Shown here one piece after another: positions 11,771-22,343 of a stretch of DNA of 62,781 nucleotides. The translations under genes were made by a program, and so were the position numbers. Under the pieces are notes generated by a model. The model did not search any database and was not told the origin of the DNA. It saw only the letters and a list, made by a program, of their open reading frames with translations. This stretch comes from Legionellales bacterium (lineage in GTDB: Bacteria > Pseudomonadota > Gammaproteobacteria > Eutrophobiales > Eutrophobiaceae): positions 1 through 62,781 of the forward strand of contig NZJM01000047.1 of assembly GCA_002692205.1 (NCBI GenBank). Direction: 5' to 3'. Positions within the stretch are counted from its first letter, which is position 1. The number at the start of each line of letters is the position of its first letter.

Positions 11771-12370
11771 CTATTTAGATCGAAAACGGTAGATTGCTAC
11801 TTCCCCTAGTAAATTTGGAAATATATTCATGCCGAAACTAATTTGATGAGCATGATCAACTGTTGCTCTTTCAATTATTTCAATATTTTTCTTGGCGCAT
11901 AAATTTTCAAAGTCATCTAAAGAGCATAGATGAATATTTGGTGTGTTATACCACTCATATGGCAATGTTTTTGACTTTGGCATATGGCCTCCAAGGGCCA
12001 TTTGTAAACGGCATCGCCAATGAGCCATATTTGGAAAGGTGACGATTGCTTCATTACCTACACGGGTCATTTCGGTTAGCAGCTTTTCGGGGTAATAAAT
12101 CGCCTGCAGTGTTTGTGTCATAATAACATAGTCAAATGTATTGTTATCGAACTGCGAAAGACCTGCATCAAGGTCAGTTTGTATCACGTTAACTCCGCTT
12201 TCAATACACTTTATTATGTTGCTTCCATCAATTTCAATACCATAACCAGAGACATTTTGTTTTTCTTGGAGATTTGCAAGAAGCGCGCCAGTACCACAGC
12301 CAAGATCAAGGACTCGTGAACTTTTTTTAATCCATTTGGCGATTAACGATTGGTCGGTTCTCAGTTTCAT
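11771..12370 (-). CDS. metW: Methionine biosynthesis protein MetW
   Basis: SAM-MTase-like VLDLGCGTG. It abuts metX with no gap, which is the typical metXW pair. Confidence 0.9.
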   Translation of the reverse strand: MKLRTDQSLIAKWIKKSSRVLDLGCGTGALLANLQEKQNVSGYGIEIDGSNIIKCIESGVNVIQTDLDAGLSQFDNNTFDYVIMTQTLQAIYYPEKLLTEMTRVGNEAIVTFPNMAHWRCRLQMALGGHMPKSKTLPYEWYNTPNIHLCSLDDFENLCAKKNIEIIERATVDHAHQISFGMNIFPNLLGEVAIYRFRSK

Positions 12371-13519
12371 TTAAGCAATAATTTCCATATCAATACGATC
12401 AAGTGCAGTCTTCATTGCTTGGTGGTAAATAGGGATTTCTTTTAGAAATGAGTCATGCCCTTCTTTAGATTGAATTTCTAAGTAACTAACTTTTTTATTT
12501 TTTTCTAATAATGCACCAACAATTTCTACGGAACGTGCCGGCGAAAAACGCCAGTCACTACTGAATGAAATAACTAAAAATTCAGCAGTTGCAGGGGACA
12601 TAGCCTTCGCTAAGTCACCATTTGTTTCAGCAGCAGGATCAAAGTAGTCTAGTACCTTAGTAATTAAAAGATAACTATTTGCATCAAAACGATCGACAAA
12701 TGATCGTCCTTGATATCTTAAATAACTTTCAATTTGAAATTCAACATCATAACCAAACTTTATTCCTCCATCGCGTAGTTGGCGGCCGAATTTTTCATCA
12801 AGAGCATCATCAGAAAGGTATGTAATATGTCCGAGCATTCTCGCCTGCATTAAACCGTGGATAGGTTTATTATTATTCTTATAATAGTAACCTTCATCAA
12901 AATTACGGTCTGATCGAATTACTTGCCTTGCAACTTCATTAAAAGCAATATTTTGAGTTGACAGTTTTGGTGCCGCAGCAATAACAAAAGTATTTTTTAG
13001 TCGATTTGGATACGTAATTGCCCATTCCATGCACTGCATCCCTCCCAAACTGCCACCGATAATTACTGCCCACACATCGATACCAAGATGATCTGCTAGC
13101 ATTGTTTGGGTTTTAACCCAATCCTTTACGGTAACAAGAGGAAAATTAGGCCCATAAATTTCATTAGTATCAGGATTAGTAGTCAGCGGGCCAGTTGAGC
13201 CTCCACAACCGCCAATGTTATTTGGGCACACAACAAAAAATTTATTTGTATCAATTACTTTGTTGGGTCCTATTGCATTATCCCACCAGCCAGGCTTCTT
13301 ATCTTCTAACGAGTGATATCCAGCAACATGATGGTCCCCACTTAGTGCATGACATATTAGTATTGCATTTGACCTATCAGCATTTAATTCTCCATAGCTT
13401 TCGTAAACAAGTTCAAAGCCATTTAAAGAGCTTCCCGAAGCGAGTAGTAATTTATCATCGAAATGGACTTTGCTTGGCTTTACTAAGCCTATATTGTTTT
13501 GAGGTAATGAATTTTGCAT
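12371..13519 (-). CDS. metX: Homoserine O-acyltransferase (MetX family)
   Basis: Alpha/beta hydrolase with nucleophile elbow GGSLGGMQ. 382 aa. Acetyl versus succinyl specificity is not decidable by eye. Confidence 0.92.
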   Translation of the reverse strand: MQNSLPQNNIGLVKPSKVHFDDKLLLASGSSLNGFELVYESYGELNADRSNAILICHALSGDHHVAGYHSLEDKKPGWWDNAIGPNKVIDTNKFFVVCPNNIGGCGGSTGPLTTNPDTNEIYGPNFPLVTVKDWVKTQTMLADHLGIDVWAVIIGGSLGGMQCMEWAITYPNRLKNTFVIAAAPKLSTQNIAFNEVARQVIRSDRNFDEGYYYKNNNKPIHGLMQARMLGHITYLSDDALDEKFGRQLRDGGIKFGYDVEFQIESYLRYQGRSFVDRFDANSYLLITKVLDYFDPAAETNGDLAKAMSPATAEFLVISFSSDWRFSPARSVEIVGALLEKNKKVSYLEIQSKEGHDSFLKEIPIYHQAMKTALDRIDMEIIA

Positions 13520-13543
13520 ATTAATTTAAATAAATTATCCTAA

Positions 13544-14125
13544 TTAGTATGACAGCCTAAAGCCTATTTCCATTAAAGGCGAAATTATCAATATCATCAA
13601 GAGTTGTATGATAACAAGTACAATCAGAGGTGAAAAATCAAGACCCCCGCCAAAACTGGCTATCCTTCTTACAGGTCTTAAGATTGGATCGGTTAACTGG
13701 GACATAATTGTCACTATGGGATTGTATGCACCAGGGTTTATCCAACTTATAATTACCTGAATAATTATAGTAAACATGTATATGTAAAGTATCATTTTTA
13801 ATAAATTCGCCATAGTTAGGATAAATAATGCGTTAATTGCAATTACATCTCCTCTTATAATCAATTGTGTAATAATTATTTCTAGGGATTGTATGAGCAG
13901 CAATGCAACAATAGAAGACCAGTCAACCCCATAATAACCGGGTATCATTCTCCTTAGTGGTTTAAGTACGGGGTTTGTTACTCTGATGATGACTTCTGAT
14001 AACGGATTATATGAGTTTATGCGTAATTTAGTTAATAGATAACGCAATAAAAAAGCTAAAATAAAAATATCAAAAAAAAGCTGCACTAAGAATATTGCTG
14101 CTTGGCTAATATAGTTGCCACTCAT
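13544..14125 (-). CDS. yggT: YggT family membrane protein
   Basis: 193-aa polytopic ORF with two YggT repeats (...NPVLKPLRRMIP... and ...DPILRPVRRI...). The proC-yggT context is conserved. Confidence 0.85.
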   Translation of the reverse strand: MSGNYISQAAIFLVQLFFDIFILAFLLRYLLTKLRINSYNPLSEVIIRVTNPVLKPLRRMIPGYYGVDWSSIVALLLIQSLEIIITQLIIRGDVIAINALFILTMANLLKMILYIYMFTIIIQVIISWINPGAYNPIVTIMSQLTDPILRPVRRIASFGGGLDFSPLIVLVIIQLLMILIISPLMEIGFRLSY

Positions 14126-14127
14126 AC

Positions 14128-14952
14128 TTAATCCTTAAATGATTCTGACAATTCTACGGAACGTTTTTTTGCAGCATCCATAACATCACGTAGTAATTTA
14201 TGTAGCTTACCCTTTACGAAAGTATTTATAGCTCTTTCAGTTGTCCCGGCAGGTGAAGTAACTTGTAATCGCAGTTCTTTTAGCTCGGCATTTGATAGCA
14301 GTGCCATTTTCGCAGCACCAAGCGCCGTTTCTATTGTTAGTAAATGAGCATCCTCTTTTTTTAAGCCCATTTCTATTGCATGATTTTCCATTAATTCCAT
14401 AAAATAAAAAAAATAAGCAGGCCCACTTCCGGAAAGTGCAGTTACAGAATCCATCTGGTCTTCTTTATCAAGCCATACCGTTTTACCAACGGAACTCATA
14501 ATTTTTTCAGCTATAGCTTTTTCTTTATCTGAAGTATTTTTGTTTGCATACAAAGCAGTAACACCCGAACGGACTAATGCTGGCGTATTGGGCATAATTC
14601 TTATAATGGAAAAAGATTCTTTAACCCAGTCTTCTATAGATTTTATTTTTATTCCAGCAACAACTGAAAGGATTATTTTATTTTTGACGATAGTATTTTC
14701 AAAAATTTCTTTAATAGCTACTGGCATTTTTTCAGGCTTAACGGCAAATACTATGACACCAGCTTTTTTTATTGCGTCATGATTTTTTTCAAATACTTCA
14801 ATGCCATGTCTTTCCGATATTGATTGCTGCCGTTCTATATCAGGGTCAGCAGCAATTATATTTGTTGTAGGAACACCACTAGAAATGAGTCCCCCGATTA
14901 TACTATCTGCGATGTTACCGCCACCAATGAATGCAATTGTAAGATTTTTCAT
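14128..14952 (-). CDS. proC: Pyrroline-5-carboxylate reductase
   Basis: IAFIGGGNIADSII Rossmann motif and C-terminal SPAGTTE. Confidence 0.95.
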   Translation of the reverse strand: MKNLTIAFIGGGNIADSIIGGLISSGVPTTNIIAADPDIERQQSISERHGIEVFEKNHDAIKKAGVIVFAVKPEKMPVAIKEIFENTIVKNKIILSVVAGIKIKSIEDWVKESFSIIRIMPNTPALVRSGVTALYANKNTSDKEKAIAEKIMSSVGKTVWLDKEDQMDSVTALSGSGPAYFFYFMELMENHAIEMGLKKEDAHLLTIETALGAAKMALLSNAELKELRLQVTSPAGTTERAINTFVKGKLHKLLRDVMDAAKKRSVELSESFKD

Positions 14953-15037
14953 AATTTTTTGAATAAGTTAAAAAGCATAAGAAAGTATAACGGTGTGAGA
15001 AAAAAATATCAGGCTATACATGTTAAGCAAACACTTT

Positions 15038-15721
15038 TTATTGAATACGAGGCCCAAAGATCGCTGTGCCTATACGGACGAAAGTTGCTCCTTCAGCAAT
15101 GGCTGCCTCCATATCGTTAGAGGTGCCCATTGATAGCACATCTATCTCAGCATTATTTTTGTTAAGTCTGAGAAATACTTTGTTCAGCTCCTTAAAGGAT
15201 TCTCTTTGTTCATCAAAATCTCTTTTTATTTCTGGTAAAGACATTAACCCTCTCACTTTTAGGCGCTTAAATTCTTTGAGACTGTCAATAAAACTTTCTA
15301 GTTTGTCAATTGAAAGGCCTGATTTTGTGACTTCATTGCTAGTATTAACTTGAACGCATATGTTTAGTGGTGGCAGGTGATCCGGGCGCATTTCGTTTAA
15401 ACGTTGAGCTATTTTAAGTCTATCTAGGGTGTGCACCCAATTAAAATTGTGGGCAATTTGTTTCGTTTTATTTGATTGAATGGGGCCGATGAAGTGCCAT
15501 ATTATGTCGGGCCGATTAATGGTTTTTATCTTTTCTACGGCTTCTTGGCAGTAATTTTCGCCAAAATGACGCTGATTCTTATCTATGGCTTGGATTATCT
15601 CGTTAATTTTCCTTGTTTTTGAAACAGCTATCAGACAAACAGAATTATTTTCTCGTCCAAACTGTTTTTCTACAGCTCCGATTTTGTTACGTATTTTAGT
15701 TAAATTGATATCAATTTCCAT
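15038..15721 (-). CDS. yggS: PLP-binding homeostasis protein YggS
   Basis: LIAVSKT (PLP lysine), FGENY, WHFIGPIQSNK, SMGTSNDMEAAI. Confidence 0.93.
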   Translation of the reverse strand: MEIDINLTKIRNKIGAVEKQFGRENNSVCLIAVSKTRKINEIIQAIDKNQRHFGENYCQEAVEKIKTINRPDIIWHFIGPIQSNKTKQIAHNFNWVHTLDRLKIAQRLNEMRPDHLPPLNICVQVNTSNEVTKSGLSIDKLESFIDSLKEFKRLKVRGLMSLPEIKRDFDEQRESFKELNKVFLRLNKNNAEIDVLSMGTSNDMEAAIAEGATFVRIGTAIFGPRIQ

Positions 15722-15841
15722 AAAATTGGGGCCTTTTTAACACCAGATGCTATTAACACTAGGTCAGTATTGCAGTAACCTATGGTATATAAAAACAGAT
15801 AAAATGATAATAAATAAAAAGGTTTTCAGGGAGAGAGTGTA

Positions 15842-16876
15842 ATGGATATAGGCGATCTTTTAACGAAAGGCGTTGAGTTAGGTTGTTCCGATCTTCACTT
15901 ATCAGCAGGCATGCCACCATTGATGCGAATTGATGGTGATATGCAGAGAATCAAGGCTCCCGAAATGGAGCATAAGGATGTTTATAGCATGGTCTATGAC
16001 ATCATGAATGATAAGCAAAGGAAAGACTTTGAAGAATTTCTTGAATGTGATTTTTCTTTTGAAATTCCAAATGTAGCTCGGTTTCGTGTCAATGCATTTA
16101 ATCAGAATCGCGGTGCAGCAGCAGTTTTTAGAACAATACCCTCCGAGATTCTCTCACTAGAAACACTCAATGCCCCAAAGATTTTTAAAGAAATTTCAGA
16201 TTATCCTAGAGGAGTTGTTTTAGTAACTGGACCGACCGGCTCAGGAAAGTCAACCACACTCGCGGCAATGGTAGATCATAAAAATAATACTGAAAAAGGA
16301 CATATTCTGACCGTTGAAGACCCGATTGAATTTGTGCATCAAAGTAAGAAGTGCTTAATTAATCAACGTGAAGTTCATAGAGATACACTTGGATTTAACG
16401 AAGCGCTTCGTTCCGCATTGCGTGAGGACCCGGATGTTATACTTGTTGGCGAAATGCGAGACTTAGAAACAATTCGATTGGCATTATCCGCAGCGGAAAC
16501 AGGCCATCTTGTATTCGGAACACTACATACTAGTTCTGCTGCAAAAACAATCGACCGTGTTGTAGATGTCTTCCCAGCTGATGAAAAAGAAATGGTAAGG
16601 GCGATGTTATCCGAATCACTAAAAGCTGTTATTTCTCAAACATTATTAAAAAAACAAGGTGGTGGACGTGTTGCGGCTCATGAGATTATGATCGGAACTC
16701 CAGCTATTCGTAATTTAATAAGAGAAAATAAAATTGCTCAAATGTATTCGGCAATCCAGACTGGTCAGGGATTTGGTATGCAAACATTGGATCAGGATTT
16801 ACAACGATTGGTACAGAGCAACGTTGTAACTAAGGAAGAAGCGGCTTCAAAGGCTGCCAACAAAGATAATATATAA
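15842..16876 (+). CDS. pilT: Type IV pilus retraction ATPase PilT
   Basis: Walker A GPTGSGKST, Asp box ILTVEDPIEF, Walker B DVILVGEMRD, His box TGHLVFGTLHT, PilT-specific AIRNLIRE. Confidence 0.95.
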   Translation: MDIGDLLTKGVELGCSDLHLSAGMPPLMRIDGDMQRIKAPEMEHKDVYSMVYDIMNDKQRKDFEEFLECDFSFEIPNVARFRVNAFNQNRGAAAVFRTIPSEILSLETLNAPKIFKEISDYPRGVVLVTGPTGSGKSTTLAAMVDHKNNTEKGHILTVEDPIEFVHQSKKCLINQREVHRDTLGFNEALRSALREDPDVILVGEMRDLETIRLALSAAETGHLVFGTLHTSSAAKTIDRVVDVFPADEKEMVRAMLSESLKAVISQTLLKKQGGGRVAAHEIMIGTPAIRNLIRENKIAQMYSAIQTGQGFGMQTLDQDLQRLVQSNVVTKEEAASKAANKDNI

Positions 16877-16912
16877 TTACAGTATAATATTTTATGACTC
16901 GGAGCGTCGATA

Positions 16913-18082
16913 ATGGATAGAGATAAGGCAATCAAGTTCATGCGTGACCTTCTTAAGGCGTTAGTCGAGAAGGACGGTTCAGATTTATTCATAACAGTCG
17001 GTTTCCCGCCAGCAATGAAAATTCACGGGAAAGTAACTCCAGTTTCAAAAACAAAACTTACAGCAGATAATGCAAAGGCATTATGTCAGTCTTTAATGAA
17101 TGACAAGCAATTGAAAGAATTTGAAGCAACTAAGGAATGTAATTTTGCCGTTGCCCCGCAAGGCATCGGGCGCTTTCGTGCTAATGCATTTGTTCAGCAA
17201 GGCCATAGTGGACTAGTAATGCGTGTTATCGAAACCGATGTTCCAAATATAGATAAATTAAAGTTACCTGAAACACTTAAAGATGTTGTCATGACCAAAA
17301 ATGGTTTGGTAATTATGGTCGGTGGGACAGGCTCCGGTAAATCTACATCTTTAGCTGCAATGATTGATCACAGAAATGATAATAGTTATGGGCATATCAT
17401 AACTATTGAAGATCCAATTGAGTATGTTCACCCACATAAAAAAAGCATAATCATGCAACGTGAAGTAGGTGTTGATACGGATGATTGGGAGATAGCCCTA
17501 AAAAATACATTACGACAAGCACCAGACGTGATCTTACTTGGCGAAATTCGTGACCGTGAAACTATGGAATTTGCAATTGCATTTGCTGAAACGGGACATT
17601 TAGCAATGGCAACATTGCATGCTAATAGTGCAAACCAAGCTCTTGATCGAATAATCAATTTTTTCCCCGAAGAGAGAAAGTCACAGTTACTTATGGATTT
17701 ATCATTAAATTTAAAATCAGTCATCTCGCAAAGGTTATTAAAAACTACCGATGGTAAAGGCAGGGTCGCTGCGATAGAAATTTTGTTAAATTCGCCACTA
17801 ATTTCTGATTTAATTTTAAAAGGCGATGTTCATGAAATTAAAGCTATCATGGCCAAATCTAATGAACTCGGGATGAAGACATTCGACCAAGCATTATTTG
17901 ATTTATATGAGGCCGATAAAATTACCTACGAAGATGCACTTCGTTCAGCTGATTCCATGAATGAATTGCGGTTACGAATTAAACTTGAGGGAAAAGCAGC
18001 AAAAGGCAGTGATTCTAAGGCGGGTCTTGAGCATATAAGTTTACATGATGATGAAGAAGAGGAAGCAGGAAAAGTACGTTAA
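16913..18082 (+). CDS. pilU: Type IV pilus ATPase PilU
   Basis: GGTGSGKST, ITIEDPIEY, DVILLGEIRD, TGHLAMATLHAN. It lacks AIRNLIRE (it has LISDLILKGD) and carries an acidic C-terminal tail. Confidence 0.88.
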   Translation: MDRDKAIKFMRDLLKALVEKDGSDLFITVGFPPAMKIHGKVTPVSKTKLTADNAKALCQSLMNDKQLKEFEATKECNFAVAPQGIGRFRANAFVQQGHSGLVMRVIETDVPNIDKLKLPETLKDVVMTKNGLVIMVGGTGSGKSTSLAAMIDHRNDNSYGHIITIEDPIEYVHPHKKSIIMQREVGVDTDDWEIALKNTLRQAPDVILLGEIRDRETMEFAIAFAETGHLAMATLHANSANQALDRIINFFPEERKSQLLMDLSLNLKSVISQRLLKTTDGKGRVAAIEILLNSPLISDLILKGDVHEIKAIMAKSNELGMKTFDQALFDLYEADKITYEDALRSADSMNELRLRIKLEGKAAKGSDSKAGLEHISLHDDEEEEAGKVR

Positions 18083-18093
18083 ATAATATAGTT

Positions 18094-19152
18094 ATGAATC
18101 ATCTTACACCACATCTTGAGCTAATGATTGAAAAAGAAGCATCAGATCTTTTTTTAACTGCGAACTCGCCTGTTAAGATTAAAATAGATGGAAATATAAT
18201 CTCTGTCGGCAAAAAACTATTATCACCTGATATAACAAAAAAAATTGCACAAAGTATAATGAATAAGGAACAGGAAAAAATATTTAACAAAACTATGGAA
18301 TGTGACTTCGCAATAGCCTTAAAGGATTCAGATCGCTTTCGTGTAAATGTTTTTAATCAACGCGGTCAGGTAAGCATGGTCTTTCGCCGTATTCAAAGCA
18401 AAATTCCAACAATAAAGGAACTAGGTTTCCCTGAAATTTTATCAGAAATGAGTTTGATGAAACGTGGTCTAGTTTTAATGGTTGGAGCAACTGGTTCTGG
18501 TAAATCTACAACATTAGCCGCAATGATAGATCATCGAAACCGTAATTCATCAGATCACATATTAACAATTGAAGATCCAATTGAATTTAGTCATCAAAAT
18601 CATAAATCAATCGTGAATCAGCGCGAAGTTGGTGTGGATACAAAGTCGTATGCAAATGCTCTAAAAGCATCTCTTCGCGAGGCACCTGACGTTATTTTAG
18701 TTGGGGAAATCAGAACTAGAGAAACGATGGAGGCAGCTCTTGAATTAAGTAACACGGGGCATCTCGCATTATCAACTTTACATGCAAATAATGCGGGTCA
18801 AGCTATTGAAAGGGTTATTAATATGTTTCCTCAAGAGATGCATAAACAGTTATTAATGGATATGTCGCTTAATATAAAAGGTGTGATTTCTCAAAGATTG
18901 ATTAGAGCAAAGGACGGAAAAAGATGTGCAGCTCTAGAGATATTGGTTATGACCCCTCATATTCAAGATTTGATACTAAAAGGAGATATTGAAGAGATAA
19001 GAATCGCAATGGAGGAAAGCGGGAAAAAAGGAATGCAAACTTTTGATACTGCTCTTCATAATCTGTATAAAGAAGGCCGTATAGAATTAGATGAAGCTTT
19101 AAATAATGCGACTTCGAGAACAAATCTCGAAGCCAAAATAAATTTTGGTTAA
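18094..19152 (+). CDS. Third PilT-family ATPase, PilU-like
   Basis: GATGSGKST, LTIEDPIEF, DVILVGEIRT, TGHLALSTLHAN, HIQDLILKGD. 11 nt downstream of pilU. Confidence 0.85.
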   Translation: MNHLTPHLELMIEKEASDLFLTANSPVKIKIDGNIISVGKKLLSPDITKKIAQSIMNKEQEKIFNKTMECDFAIALKDSDRFRVNVFNQRGQVSMVFRRIQSKIPTIKELGFPEILSEMSLMKRGLVLMVGATGSGKSTTLAAMIDHRNRNSSDHILTIEDPIEFSHQNHKSIVNQREVGVDTKSYANALKASLREAPDVILVGEIRTRETMEAALELSNTGHLALSTLHANNAGQAIERVINMFPQEMHKQLLMDMSLNIKGVISQRLIRAKDGKRCAALEILVMTPHIQDLILKGDIEEIRIAMEESGKKGMQTFDTALHNLYKEGRIELDEALNNATSRTNLEAKINFG

Positions 19153-19191
19153 ATATATATTTTAGTTATTATATTTTTTTATATACAACGC

Positions 19192-20079
19192 TCAGCTATG
19201 GAACTGCACAACGCTTTCTGATTCAAACACAGGTCCGTCGACACAAACTCGTTTCATTTCATCTCCGTTATTGGTTCTAATCAATACCGTACATCCAGCA
19301 CACCCTCCTACTGCACAAGCCATATATTCTTCTAAAGAAACTTGGCAAGGTAAGTTATATTTTTTTGCTAAAGTACTTACAGCTTTAAGCATAGGCGTGG
19401 GTCCGCACGAAAATATTTCAACTTCTTTTCGTTGGTCATTATCAAGTTTCTTTAGCCATACCTCAGCTAGTTCGGTTACATAACCGCGGTAGCAGCCTGC
19501 GAAATCATTCAAACTTGTGAGACGAGATGGGATATTCCAATCATCTAGCAACGGCATTGATGCAATAACATCGGCAGGCATTTCCTTTAATATTATTTTT
19601 GACGGCTTAGTTTTAAATGGAAAACGAACTTCAGAACCCATGATTACAATTGGGAGTAAATCATTTGTAGTATTTTTTATATGTTCAGCTAGAAAAATCA
19701 TAGGAGGGATCCCAACACCACCACCAATGAGCAAAGGCCTTTTTTTGTAAGACTTCATTTTAAATGAGCAACCAATTGGACCAATAATATCTATTTCATC
19801 ACCTTTTTTTCTTTTAGATAATGCCTGTGTGCCCTCACCCTCAATTTTATAAAGTATTTCAATTGATTCTTTTGAAGGATTACAACGCATAATTGACATC
19901 GGTCGACGCATATAAATGGTCGGGTCACATTGCATGTGAACAAAGTGCCCCGGTTTTGCATTCTTTGATGTTTCTGGTGCTTTTAATACCATATGAAACT
20001 GATTATCTTCATAAATATCTTGCGAAATAAGTTGAGCCTGCTCTACATATAGTGTGTTACGAGTTTTTGGGTGTGTCAT
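19192..20079 (-). CDS. PyrK-like FAD/NAD(P)-binding 2Fe-2S electron-transfer protein
   Basis: FAD motif RRPMSI, NAD motif LLIGGGVGIPP, and a C-terminal cluster CAVGGCAGC...C typical of the dihydroorotate dehydrogenase B electron-transfer subunit family. Confidence 0.75.
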   Translation of the reverse strand: MTHPKTRNTLYVEQAQLISQDIYEDNQFHMVLKAPETSKNAKPGHFVHMQCDPTIYMRRPMSIMRCNPSKESIEILYKIEGEGTQALSKRKKGDEIDIIGPIGCSFKMKSYKKRPLLIGGGVGIPPMIFLAEHIKNTTNDLLPIVIMGSEVRFPFKTKPSKIILKEMPADVIASMPLLDDWNIPSRLTSLNDFAGCYRGYVTELAEVWLKKLDNDQRKEVEIFSCGPTPMLKAVSTLAKKYNLPCQVSLEEYMACAVGGCAGCTVLIRTNNGDEMKRVCVDGPVFESESVVQFHS

Positions 20080-20082
20080 TAA

Positions 20083-21363
20083 CTAGTCCGAATTAAAAAT
20101 TAATTTACCATCAAGAATCGTGTGGGTGACACTTCCAGTTAAATTCCATCCATTAAATGGTGTATTTTTCCCAGCACTCAATAAATTATTTTTATCGATA
20201 TCTATATTTTTATTTGGATCAAAAATACAAAGATCTGCATCACTATTTTCTTCAAGCATTCCTTTTTTAATTCCAAGTATTTTTGCTGGTTTTGAAGTTA
20301 CCGATAAAATAGCTTCCTCAAATGTAAAGCCAGCACCATGCATGCTGACATGAAGAATTAAAGGAAGTAAATGTTCGACTGTTGAGGCACCTGCTTGAGT
20401 TAAGCTAAATGGTGCAGATTTAGCATTTTCGTCATGGGGCTGATGATTTGAGCAAACTGCAGAAATCGTATCATCAATAAGACCTTCAATTAATCTTTTG
20501 CGGTCACTGTCGTCTCTAAGAGGGGGTTGTAAATGACAATTACTATTATAATCAGCAATGTCTATATCTGTTAAATGTAAGTTACAAATTGACACATCAG
20601 CAGTTACTTTCAAGCCATTTTTTTTGGCTTCTCTTATTAATTCTACACCCCGACCCGAGGATAACCGACAAAAATGAGCTCGGACATCCGTCTGTTCAAT
20701 TAGTAATAAAGCCCTGCTAATAGCTATTGTTTCTGCGGTTTCAGGTATGGCGGGCAACCCGAGTCTTGTGCTAATCGCACCCTCATGAGCGACACCATTA
20801 TTTTTTATTTTTGAGTCTTCAGCAAAAATAAACACAGTCAAGTCACAACTCTTAGCGTATTCAAATGCGCGTCTTAATACTTCTGTATTTTCAATAGCAA
20901 CATCACCATTACTTACGCCGATGCAGCCCGCAGCTTTTAATAAAAACATCTCTGTCAGTTCTTTTCCATTTAGTTCTTGTGTTAAAGCGCCAAGTGGAAA
21001 AATATTTGCGCGGTTAGATTCACTAGCACGCCGATTTATAAATTCCACAATGGCCGGCGTATCAATAGTTGGTTGTATATCAGGTGGGACACAAATTGAT
21101 GTTATACCACTACGGTTTGCAGCTTTAAGTTCATTTTTGATAGCTATGTTTTTTTCTGAACCAATTTCGCCAAGCCTACCGCAAATATCAACTAATCCAG
21201 GTAAAATTATTTTATCTTTTGCGTTTATATCCAGATCCGATTTAAAACCATTCGGTTTCTTTTTAAGTGATATGATTTTTCCTTTATCAATATAAACATC
21301 TCTCTTATCATTAATATTATTAGAGGGACTGAATACAGTTCCATTTTTAATGCAAATACGCAT
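20083..21363 (-). CDS. pyrC': Dihydroorotase-like protein, predicted non-catalytic (PyrC-prime)
   Basis: 426-aa amidohydrolase fold. LPGLVDICGRLGE occupies the position of the DxHxH metal site, and SNHQPH replaces SDHAPH. It overlaps pyrB by 1 nt. Confidence 0.8.
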   Translation of the reverse strand: MRICIKNGTVFSPSNNINDKRDVYIDKGKIISLKKKPNGFKSDLDINAKDKIILPGLVDICGRLGEIGSEKNIAIKNELKAANRSGITSICVPPDIQPTIDTPAIVEFINRRASESNRANIFPLGALTQELNGKELTEMFLLKAAGCIGVSNGDVAIENTEVLRRAFEYAKSCDLTVFIFAEDSKIKNNGVAHEGAISTRLGLPAIPETAETIAISRALLLIEQTDVRAHFCRLSSGRGVELIREAKKNGLKVTADVSICNLHLTDIDIADYNSNCHLQPPLRDDSDRKRLIEGLIDDTISAVCSNHQPHDENAKSAPFSLTQAGASTVEHLLPLILHVSMHGAGFTFEEAILSVTSKPAKILGIKKGMLEENSDADLCIFDPNKNIDIDKNNLLSAGKNTPFNGWNLTGSVTHTILDGKLIFNSD

Positions 21364-22343
21364 TAGTTTTTAATCCCCCCGCTTTCACTTGTTCCGCCCA
21401 TCACCATTGACATAATCGCCATTCGTATCGCAATTCCATGACTAACTTGTTGCAAAATTACTGAATGTTCCCCATCGGCAACATCAGAATCAATTTCAAC
21501 GCCTCTATTTATGGGCCCTGGGTGCATTACAATCACATCTGATTTTGCATTTTCAAGTCTTTCATTGGTTAGCCCGTATCTCTGAAAATATTCATTTTCG
21601 GTAGGGAGAAGAGCACCTTTCATTCGCTCACGCTGTAGTCTTAACATAATAACTACGTCTACATTTTCCAAACCTTTGTCCATTTCGTGATATACATGGA
21701 CACCTAATTTTTCGATATCTTTTGGTATTAAAGTATGTGGCCCGATTATTCTAACTTGATTAGCTCCAAGTACATTTAAAGCATGTATATTAGAACGAGC
21801 AACACGAGAATGTAAAACATCGCCTACAATTGCAACGCTTAATTTTTTAAAATCTTTTTTATGTTGTCGAATAGTGAACATATCAAGCATCGCTTGAGTG
21901 GGATGCTCATGTCTTCCATCGCCAGCATTTATTACGCTAATATGCTGGGCAACTTGTGATGCAATATAATGAGCTGCTCCACTATTTGCATGTCTAACAA
22001 CAAACATATCACAATGCATTGCCTCTAACGTATGAAGTGTGTCGCTTAATATCTCACCTTTACTCGTTGCCATTGTTGAAATATTTAGATTAAGTATATC
22101 AGCTGATAATCTCTTGGCTGCGAGTTCAAAGGTAGTGCGTGTTCTTGTGCTGGGTTCAAAAAATAAATTTGCAATAGTTTTGCCGCGCAGGAGAGGTACT
22201 TTTTTTACGGGTCTTTCCCCGACTGTTGCGAATGATTCCGCATGATCAAGGATTGTTTGAAGTAACGGTTGATCCAGTCCTTCAATAGAAAGAAAATGCT
22301 TTAGATTGCCACTTTTGTCGAGTTGAATATTGTTTCCAGTCAT
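21363..22343 (-). CDS. pyrB: Aspartate carbamoyltransferase catalytic chain
   Basis: [24 protein letters not shown]. Confidence 0.95.
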   Translation of the reverse strand: MTGNNIQLDKSGNLKHFLSIEGLDQPLLQTILDHAESFATVGERPVKKVPLLRGKTIANLFFEPSTRTRTTFELAAKRLSADILNLNISTMATSKGEILSDTLHTLEAMHCDMFVVRHANSGAAHYIASQVAQHISVINAGDGRHEHPTQAMLDMFTIRQHKKDFKKLSVAIVGDVLHSRVARSNIHALNVLGANQVRIIGPHTLIPKDIEKLGVHVYHEMDKGLENVDVVIMLRLQRERMKGALLPTENEYFQRYGLTNERLENAKSDVIVMHPGPINRGVEIDSDVADGEHSVILQQVSHGIAIRMAIMSMVMGGTSESGGIKN

